In this document: positions 5,403-12,225 of the stretch, one piece after another
Layout of the letters: each line of letters begins with the position of its first letter
How positions within the stretch are numbered: the first letter of the stretch is position 1
Assembly (NCBI GenBank): GCA_046539225.1
Contig: JBKHHG010000022.1
Coordinates: 1 to 12,981 of the forward strand
Source of the DNA: Candidatus Nanohaloarchaea archaeon
GTDB taxonomy: Archaea; Nanohalarchaeota; Nanosalinia; Nanosalinales; Nanosalinaceae
Direction of reading: 5' to 3'
Length of the DNA stretch: 12,981 bases
Program-made: the position numbers and the translations under genes
Notes under the pieces: generated by a model
Told to the model about the DNA's origin: nothing
Seen by the model: only the letters and a program-made list of their open reading frames with translations
The model's database searches: none

Positions 5403-7384
5403 ACTTTCAGGGAGAGAAAGCCGTTGAATGGAGCAGAAACGGCGAACTAAAACGAAGAGAGAAGGTTTACAGGCCTAAACTCTATATAAAAGCCGGGAAA
5501 GAGTTGCTGAGGAGGATCCGGGCCGAAACCGCCTCGAAAACTTGGGCTTCAAGCTTTGAAGAGTGGCGTACTTCGCCTGGAAAAAGGCCTGAAAAAGTCC
5601 TGAGGCTTGACCTGAAAAGACAGGAGGACTTCAATTCTTTCCGGGATTTTTTACTTAGAAAGTATCCAAGGCCTGAAATCAGGTTTTTCCATGCCGGTTT
5701 AAGCCCGCAGTTCAAGTACTGTATAGAACAAGACAGGAGCCCCGGCATTGAAGCCGGGCTGGATTCGCTGAGGCTTGAACTTTCAAGACCCCGGATCGCC
5801 CAGGCCTCGCTGAAAGGCCTGAAAATCAACGGGGGAAAACACCGGTCGGAGCCTCAGGCCTTGAAAGCCCTGGAAGAAGAGTTCAGCGGCGAAGGACCTG
5901 ATGTCTTGAGAATAAACAGGTCTCAGGTTTTATCTTTGATTGATGAGAAAACATTTTTCTCGTTGGGTCGAGACTCGGGAATGAAAAAACTGGCGGGAGA
6001 GAACACCGTCACGTCTTATGGAAGGAAGATGCATTCTCCGTCGCGGTACAGCGTCTCCGGACGCGCTGTGATCGATGAATCATCCAGCTTCATGCTTTCA
6101 GAGGCGGGGATGGAAGGCCTCTATGACCTGGTGGAGCGAACATGGAAGCCTTTGCAGGAAGTAGCATGGGCAAGTATCGGGAATATCCTGACAGCGATAG
6201 AAATCCGCCGAGCATATGACAACAATGTCTTGACGCCCTGGAAGAACTGGACTCCGGAAGAGCCGAAAAAAGCAAGTACAATGAGGAAAGCTGATCGCGG
6301 AGGCTTCATATTCAGTCCGATGCCCGGGGTCTATGAAGATGTGCATGAACTGGATTTTGCCTCGCTTTTCCCGAACATAATGGTGAGAAAAAATATTTCC
6401 CCCGAGACGGTTAACTGCAGCTGCTGCAACAACTCTCGAGTACCTGAACTTGACTACTCTATATGCGAGAAACAGATAGGCTTTATACCCCATGTTTTAG
6501 GGCCTATAATCCGTGATCGATCCCGGTACAAGCAAAAAGACACGGATTACAGCGGGAAGGCCTCATCAGCATTAAAATGGATCTTGGTCTCCTGCTTCGG
6601 CTACATGGGACATGCGCACGCATCCTACGGCGCTATTGAATGCCACCAGGCGATCCAGGCCTTCGACAGGAAGATAATGGTGGAAACCAAGGACATGCTG
6701 GAGGATGAAGGCCTCGAGATCAAGCACGGTATCATTGACAGTATCTGGGCCTCCGGCTCAAACGTGGAAAAGGCCTGTGAAAAAGTCTCGGAGGAGATAG
6801 GAATCGAACTGGAGCACGAGCACAGCTTTGACTGGATAGCCTTCGTCCCGAGAAAAAACTCGAACATTTCAACGTTGAACCGTTACTTTGGCAAAACCGT
6901 GGAAGGCGAAACCGTAACCGCTGGAATAGAGATGAGGCAGTCCTCCACACCTGACATAGTAAAGAACTGTCAGAGCGAAATGATAGAGAAAATCCACGAA
7001 GACAGGGAAGAAGCCCTGAAAATCCTGGAAAAATATATTTCCAGGGTTAGAAACGGAGAAGTCGACTTTGAGAATCTTGTAATCGAAAAAAAGATCAGCC
7101 AGAACCCAGAGGCCTATAAATCCGTTAACAAAAGCGCAGAAGCCGCGAAAAGAATGAAGCGGAAAGGCATAGATGTTAAAGCCGGTCAAAAATTAAGATA
7201 CGTTGTCAGGGACTCAGCTTCAAGGCCTCGAGTCCTGCTCGACTTTGAAGAAATAGACAGATACGATAAAGATTTCTACGTTGAGCGGCTTGAAAATGCG
7301 GCGAAATCAGTTCTCAAGCCTTTCGGGTCTGCGCATCGTTTTGAGGCCGCTGAGCCCTCTATTTCTGAATGGTTATCTGAATAA
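5390..7384 (+). CDS. polB2: Family B DNA polymerase, PolB2 group (proofreading-deficient, altered catalytic motifs)
   Basis: RKADRGGFIFSP, motif A DFASLFPNIM, SPETVNCSCC, motif B KWILVSCFGYMG, motif C HGIIDSIW, LNRYFG, GIEMRQ. No intact exonuclease motifs recognised. Confidence 0.93.
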   Translation: MFKVDFQGEKAVEWSRNGELKRREKVYRPKLYIKAGKELLRRIRAETASKTWASSFEEWRTSPGKRPEKVLRLDLKRQEDFNSFRDFLLRKYPRPEIRFFHAGLSPQFKYCIEQDRSPGIEAGLDSLRLELSRPRIAQASLKGLKINGGKHRSEPQALKALEEEFSGEGPDVLRINRSQVLSLIDEKTFFSLGRDSGMKKLAGENTVTSYGRKMHSPSRYSVSGRAVIDESSSFMLSEAGMEGLYDLVERTWKPLQEVAWASIGNILTAIEIRRAYDNNVLTPWKNWTPEEPKKASTMRKADRGGFIFSPMPGVYEDVHELDFASLFPNIMVRKNISPETVNCSCCNNSRVPELDYSICEKQIGFIPHVLGPIIRDRSRYKQKDTDYSGKASSALKWILVSCFGYMGHAHASYGAIECHQAIQAFDRKIMVETKDMLEDEGLEIKHGIIDSIWASGSNVEKACEKVSEEIGIELEHEHSFDWIAFVPRKNSNISTLNRYFGKTVEGETVTAGIEMRQSSTPDIVKNCQSEMIEKIHEDREEALKILEKYISRVRNGEVDFENLVIEKKISQNPEAYKSVNKSAEAAKRMKRKGIDVKAGQKLRYVVRDSASRPRVLLDFEEIDRYDKDFYVERLENAAKSVLKPFGSAHRFEAAEPSISEWLSE

Positions 7385-7401
7385 TTAAATAGAGAAGGAA
7401 G

Positions 7402-8148
7402 TTACAGGTCTTTAGCCCATTCGTAGCCTTCGTCTTCCAGTTTTTCAGCAAGCTCCGGGCCTCCGCTTTCTGCGATTTCTCCATCGATCATTACGTGTAC
7501 TCTGTCAGGCTCAACGTAGTCAAGTATCCGCTGGTAATGCGTGACCATCAGGAAGCCGCGGTCTTCTTCCGCCAGATTGTTGATGCCGTCGGCCACGACC
7601 TTCAATGCGTCTATGTCAAGGCCTGAATCGATTTCATCCAGGACAGCGTACTTCGGCTGTAGCACGGCGAGCTGCAGGATTTCGTTCCTCTTTTTTTCTC
7701 CTCCTGAGAATCCCTCGTTCAAATATCTGCGGGCGTACTCTTCGTCCATGTCAAGCATGTTGAGCGCTTCTTTTACTCTGTCTCGGAACTCCTCCTGTTT
7801 AAGCGGTTCCTCGCCTTCTGCCTCTCTACTTGCGTTCAAGGCCTCTCTAAGGAACTCCGCCACCGAGATCCCTGAAATCTCTGCAGGGTACTGGAATCCG
7901 AGGAAGAGGCCTTTCCTGGCTCTTTCATCGGTCTCGTCTCCTGTCATGTCTTCCCCGTCGATCAGGATTTTTCCGGTGTCTACAGAGTACTCCGGGTTTC
8001 CCATCAGGGCCTTGCACAGCGTTGATTTTCCTGAGCCGTTGGGCCCCATGATGGCGTGGATTTCGCCTTTCTCTACTTCAAGCGAGACTCCTTTAACGAT
8101 TTTTTCTTCAGGTACTGATACCCTAAGATCTTCTATCTTCAAAGTCAT
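7402..8148 (-). CDS. sufC: Fe-S cluster assembly ABC ATPase SufC
   Basis: HAIMGPNGSGKST, FLGFQYPAEISG, RYLNEGFSGGEKKRNEILQ, LDEIDSGLDIDAL, VTHYQRILDY. Confidence 0.97.
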   Translation of the reverse strand: MTLKIEDLRVSVPEEKIVKGVSLEVEKGEIHAIMGPNGSGKSTLCKALMGNPEYSVDTGKILIDGEDMTGDETDERARKGLFLGFQYPAEISGISVAEFLREALNASREAEGEEPLKQEEFRDRVKEALNMLDMDEEYARRYLNEGFSGGEKKRNEILQLAVLQPKYAVLDEIDSGLDIDALKVVADGINNLAEEDRGFLMVTHYQRILDYVEPDRVHVMIDGEIAESGGPELAEKLEDEGYEWAKDL

Positions 8149-8246
8149 GTAAAATGTACGGGCACAAACTTTCTTAATTAGAATGCTTTACCAGCGATCA
8201 AGTCCCTGCTCCAGAACAGGCCTCGACTTTAGGGAGTTAAAGACAG

Positions 8247-8768
8247 CTATCTATTTACGAGCCGGATCGCATCCTCCGCAGCGTCGACGATCTTCTCCGA
8301 CTCCATCTTCTCCAGTGAGGCCTCCATCTGGCTTGGGGTCCAGAACCTTGCTTCTTCTGCGTCGCTTCCCGCTTCTACCTCCCCTTCAACGTGTTCATAC
8401 GAGATGGTGTAGGCGTTTCCAACGACGTACTTGTCAGGATGCTCCAGATGGATCGTCGCCACCAGCTCCAGTTTCTCTGGGTCGGCTGTCAGGCCTGCCT
8501 CCTCCTCAAGTTCCCGGACCGCGCCGTGCTCAGGCTTTTCATCGTATTCGAGATAGCCGGCTGGGAAGCTCCAGAGGCCTTTGTTCGGTGTCCCGCCTCT
8601 CTTGATCAGCAGGACCTCTCCACCTTTGATTACGAAGACTCCTGCGACCGGCACCGAGTTCCTGTAGACAAACTTTCCGCAGCTTGTGCAGAAGTATCTC
8701 TCCATACCTTCCTCCCGCTTTTTCACGAGTTCGGTGCCGCATCTGTAACAGTAGTTAAGCTGTTTCAT
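8247..8768 (-). CDS. Nudix hydrolase with N-terminal zinc ribbon
   Basis: CYRCG...CTSCG, and Nudix box GYLEYDEKPEHGAVRELEEEAG. Overlaps the upstream sufU-like gene by 14 nt. Confidence 0.93.
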   Translation of the reverse strand: MKQLNYCYRCGTELVKKREEGMERYFCTSCGKFVYRNSVPVAGVFVIKGGEVLLIKRGGTPNKGLWSFPAGYLEYDEKPEHGAVRELEEEAGLTADPEKLELVATIHLEHPDKYVVGNAYTISYEHVEGEVEAGSDAEEARFWTPSQMEASLEKMESEKIVDAAEDAIRLVNR

Positions 8769-9117
8769 TCTTCACACCTTTCTGCAAAGTTTTCAGGCTT
8801 AGCAACGCGCATTTCATTCTCATCGGCGAAACCTCGACACCCAACTTTTCCAGCATCCAGTCCCTGTCCAGGCCTTTCACTTCCTCTAAGTCCAGGCCTT
8901 TCACTTCTTCTGTCAGGATGCTTGTGGATGCGGTGCAGATAGCGCAGGCCTCGGTCTCGTGCAAGATCTCCGAGATCTTCCCTTCTTCAAGATCTGCGTA
9001 AATAGTCAGGCTGTCTCCACAGCTCGGGTTCTCGCCTTCCCCGACTATATCCGCGTCTTCGATGCTCCCTGCGTTCCACGGGTTCTTGTAGAGATCGAGT
9101 ATCTCATCCCTGTACAT
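8755..9117 (-). CDS. sufU: SufU/IscU (NifU N-terminal) family Fe-S scaffold or sulfur-transfer protein
   Basis: MYRDEILDLYKNP, NPSCGD, ACAICTAS, RMKCAL (three conserved Cys). The ATG at 9117 is preceded by AAGGTG; the ORF track extends to 9126. Confidence 0.9.
   Translation of the reverse strand: MYRDEILDLYKNPWNAGSIEDADIVGEGENPSCGDSLTIYADLEEGKISEILHETEACAICTASTSILTEEVKGLDLEEVKGLDRDWMLEKLGVEVSPMRMKCALLSLKTLQKGVKNETA
8866..8907. repeat. 18-bp direct repeat GTCCAGGCCTTTCACTTC x2 with a 24-bp period, inside sufU
   Basis: Copies at 8866-8883 and 8890-8907. They encode EVKGLD twice. Confidence 0.85.
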
Positions 9118-9162
9118 CAAGAACACCTTCTTTTTCCTGAGAGAAGGTTTTCAGTTTTCGTC

Positions 9163-10323
9163 TCACCGGAACACCTCCACGGCTTCCTCCACAGCTTCGA
9201 TAAAGGCCTCGACTTCTTCCCCGGTATTATAGATATAGGGGGACATTCTTGTCGTTCCTGACGCAATTTTTTCCTCCATCAATGGCTGGGCGCAGTGGTG
9301 GCCCGCTCTAACCGCAACACCTTTCTGGCCGAGAACCTCGGCTATATCATGCGGGTGAGCATTTTTGACCGTGAAAGACGTGACCACAGCATCCTCTGGA
9401 GATACCATGTCTACACCTTCTATTTTTTCAAGGCCTTTTCTCGCATTGTTACAAAGTTTTCGATCGTGGCGAAAGACTTTATCCGTGTCGAACTGTTCAA
9501 GGTAGTCAAGAGCTGCTTTCAAACCCGCGGCTCCTGCGACGTTTGGAGTCCCTGCTTCAAATCTCTGAGGTGGGTCCTCGTAACGCGTCCCTTTCTTTGT
9601 CACGGATTTAACCATCCCGCCGCCGACCTGGTAAGGCCTCAAATCTTCCAGGTATTCTTTCCTGCCGTATAGAACTCCGATGCCTGTAGGACCCATCATT
9701 TTGTGCCCGGAGAAAGCCAAGAAGTCCACGTCAAGCTCTTTCACATCAATACTTTTTCTCGGGGCTGACTGGGCCGCATCCATGAAAACCTTCGCACCGT
9801 TCTCGTGGGCGATCTCCACCACTTCCTCGACAGGGTTTTCAACTCCGTGAACATTCGTAACCTGGGAAAAAGCAACCATCGAGGCCTCCTCAACCCTGGA
9901 TTCAAGGTCTTCCAGGTCTATCCTGCCGTTCTCGGTCTCTACGAACTCCAGTTCGTTATTTTCTCGCCAAGGAAGAAGGTTTGAATGATGCGCGGTCTCG
10001 GGCACCAAAACCTTTCCCTCCAGCTCGATCCTTGAAGCCAAAAGATTGACAGCTTCCGTCGTATTCCTTACAAACACTGCTTCCTTTCTTTCAGCGCCGA
10101 TGAACTCCGCTGCTTTTCTCCGTGAAGCTTCAAAGGCCTGCGTCGCATCGTTCGCCAATGGGTAGAGGCCTCTACCGATGTTCGCATTTTTTTCCCGGTA
10201 AAAGTTTTCTACAGCTTCGATTACGGCTTCAGGTTTCTGGCTGGTGGCGGCGTTGTCCAGATAGACGAGTTCAGGCCTTTCACTGAAGATTGGAAAGTCT
10301 TTCCTGATTTTCTCCGGGTTCAT
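9163..10323 (-). CDS. sufS: Group II cysteine desulfurase SufS
   Basis: IRKDFPIF, YLDNAATSQKP, DAAQS, FSGHKMMGPTGIG (PLP lysine), FEAGTPN, VRAGHHCAQP (catalytic Cys). Start MNPEKIR at 10323 is preferred over 10368. Confidence 0.95.
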   Translation of the reverse strand: MNPEKIRKDFPIFSERPELVYLDNAATSQKPEAVIEAVENFYREKNANIGRGLYPLANDATQAFEASRRKAAEFIGAERKEAVFVRNTTEAVNLLASRIELEGKVLVPETAHHSNLLPWRENNELEFVETENGRIDLEDLESRVEEASMVAFSQVTNVHGVENPVEEVVEIAHENGAKVFMDAAQSAPRKSIDVKELDVDFLAFSGHKMMGPTGIGVLYGRKEYLEDLRPYQVGGGMVKSVTKKGTRYEDPPQRFEAGTPNVAGAAGLKAALDYLEQFDTDKVFRHDRKLCNNARKGLEKIEGVDMVSPEDAVVTSFTVKNAHPHDIAEVLGQKGVAVRAGHHCAQPLMEEKIASGTTRMSPYIYNTGEEVEAFIEAVEEAVEVFR

Positions 10324-10374
10324 GCATACTTTATGGGGGGTCAATTCTTTTTTAGTTGGAGCTATCAAGAATAG

Positions 10375-10387
10375 AAGAGAAAAAAGG
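10375..10387 (-). terminator. Oligo-T/pyrimidine tract after the cupin stop, candidate archaeal terminator
   Basis: The minus strand reads CCTTTTTTCTCTT immediately after the TAA at 10392-10390. Confidence 0.4.
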
Positions 10388-10389
10388 TT

Positions 10390-10635
10390 TTAAGGCGCTC
10401 CAACAAGCACCAGCTTCGAGGCCTCATGCGTTCTCAGAGTCCTGCTGTCTCCCGGAGAAATCCTGAGTGCGTCTCCTTCACTCATCTCAACAGAATCTCC
10501 TTCAATCTCCACCTCCGCTTCGCCTTCAACCAAAAAGTAGATCTCTTCCTGTTCTTCCTCGGCGTGGTCATGCTCCATTCCTTCAAACCCGGCTTCAGTC
10601 TCCAGAACCGTGAAGCCCTGTTTCTCCGCGTTTAA
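10390..10635 (-). pseudogene. Cupin-domain gene, apparently 5'-truncated
   Basis: HDH...QEEIYFLVEGEA...GDALRISPG cupin motifs. The frame continues upstream of ATG 10578 as LNAEKQGFTVLETEAGFEG with no ATG/GTG/TTG before an in-frame TGA at 10668-10666. Confidence 0.6.
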
Positions 10636-10660
10636 AGAGGAAATGTTAAATCCCTGAGGC

Positions 10661-12181
10661 CTACTTCAGACTATAGAGGAGACTGAAAAACCTGTCGCTG
10701 ATCTGCTCCGTAATAGTCTCCCCGAACTCGCTGGTTTCTTCAGCGACCTCTCCTTGAATCTTTCCCTCCTCCGTGATGGTCTGCCTCCAGGTTCCTCGCT
10801 GGTACCAGAGATATGCGAGGGAAGCTCCCGCAACGTTTGATACGAAGAACGCGATCCAGACTCCTTTCGTCCCGATCTCTAATGCACCAAAGTACCCCAC
10901 CGGAAGCCGGATAAGGCCTAAAGTCGCGATAGAGATTACACCAGCGGTCAAAGTTTTTCCAGCGCCTCTGAAGCTTCCATTATAGCTTCTAAGGACTCCT
11001 ATGAATCCGAAGCTTAAGGATACGTAGCGCAGGAACTCTGCCGAAACTGCCGCAATCTCAGGGCTTTTTGTGAAGACGGAAGAGATCGGCCTGGCGAAGA
11101 TAAACGTGAAGACTCCAAGGCCTGTCAGTATAAGGAAAGTCCACTTTGCTCCGAACCTGGCAGTCTCCGCAGCTCGATCATAGTTCCCTGCACCTAAATT
11201 CTGGCCAGTCATGGACTCAACTCCTCTTCCTACCGCTGCAGCTGGCAGGAAGATCATGGAGAAGATTCTTACCGCGATGCCGTAGCCTGAGACGACTGTT
11301 CCAGCAAAGATTGTGCCAACGACCGCTACCAGCAGGTTAACTGATACAGATCTCCCTGTCTGCTCCGCTGAAGCAGGAACTCCGATCGAAAGCATCTTCT
11401 TGAAGAAGCTGAAATCTGGTTTCATCTGTACCAGCGATATCTCTATCCCTCTTCTACCTGTGAAGAGTATCCAGATTCCTGCAAGCAGTGAAAGCGCTCT
11501 CGCGAAGACAGTGGCGATCGCAGCTCCCTGGACTCCCATCTCGGGAATAATCCACCAGCCGAAGATGAACAACGGATCAATTATTATGTTCAAGACTACT
11601 GTACCGAACATCAGTATCATAGGAGTCACTGTATCGCCGTAACCCCGCATAAGCGACTGGAAAACCAGGAAACCGAACATCGAGAACAGGCCTATCGATA
11701 TGACTTCAAGATAACTCGCCGCAGCCGCCGCTATATTCCCGGATGCTCCAAGAAGCGGTACAAGATCGCTGACAAACATTAAACCTGCTGCCCCTATCAC
11801 AACAGAGGCTAAAGCACTGAAGGCAACTGTCTGGGAAGCAGCATAATTCCTCCTCTTTTTGTTGCCTGATCCTTCGTTTTGCGCAACAAGAACGCTGCCA
11901 GCAACCGCCAAACCCATTCCCAGCGAGATCAGAAAGAATACAAGCGGGAAAGCATAGGTAACCGCCTCGAGAGCTGCGTCGCTGTACTGGCCAAGCCAGA
12001 AAGTATCAGCAAGGTTGTACGTAGTCTGAAGAAGATTGATAACGATGACAGGCAGCGAAAGATAGAACAGGTTTTTCCCTACAGGGCCGTTCAACAGGTC
12101 AAGCTCCTCTTTCGACTTGAACTGGCGCTTAAACCATTCAAAAACATTGGACATATTTCTCCTGATTTTTGATAGAACCAT
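10661..12181 (-). CDS. MATE-family (DinF-like) efflux transporter
   Basis: LLNGPVGKNLFYLSLP, YNLADTFWLG, RGYGDTVTPM, NIIIDPLFIFG, MGVQGAAIAT, GQNLGAG; about 12 hydrophobic segments. Confidence 0.95.
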   Translation of the reverse strand: MVLSKIRRNMSNVFEWFKRQFKSKEELDLLNGPVGKNLFYLSLPVIVINLLQTTYNLADTFWLGQYSDAALEAVTYAFPLVFFLISLGMGLAVAGSVLVAQNEGSGNKKRRNYAASQTVAFSALASVVIGAAGLMFVSDLVPLLGASGNIAAAAASYLEVISIGLFSMFGFLVFQSLMRGYGDTVTPMILMFGTVVLNIIIDPLFIFGWWIIPEMGVQGAAIATVFARALSLLAGIWILFTGRRGIEISLVQMKPDFSFFKKMLSIGVPASAEQTGRSVSVNLLVAVVGTIFAGTVVSGYGIAVRIFSMIFLPAAAVGRGVESMTGQNLGAGNYDRAAETARFGAKWTFLILTGLGVFTFIFARPISSVFTKSPEIAAVSAEFLRYVSLSFGFIGVLRSYNGSFRGAGKTLTAGVISIATLGLIRLPVGYFGALEIGTKGVWIAFFVSNVAGASLAYLWYQRGTWRQTITEEGKIQGEVAEETSEFGETITEQISDRFFSLLYSLK

Positions 12182-12225
12182 GAAGAAAATTATTTAGGAA
12201 ATTCTTTTAATGCCAAAACACGTAT

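Noticed and set aside
2921..7384. Integrated mobile element (provirus, casposon or plasmid) carrying cdc6 and polB
   Set aside because: No integrase, Cas1, transposase, capsid gene or terminal repeats were seen. The polymerase is PolB2-type rather than protein-primed, and the region has a high density of the resident AGGCCT motif.
7541..8152. 203-aa plus-strand ORF
   Set aside because: Antisense shadow of the highly conserved sufC, Ser-rich and without motifs.
8183..9672. Plus-strand ORFs 8183-8605, 8391-8942, 8959-9261 and 9295-9672
   Set aside because: All are antisense to the well-supported Nudix, sufU and sufS genes and have no recognisable motifs.
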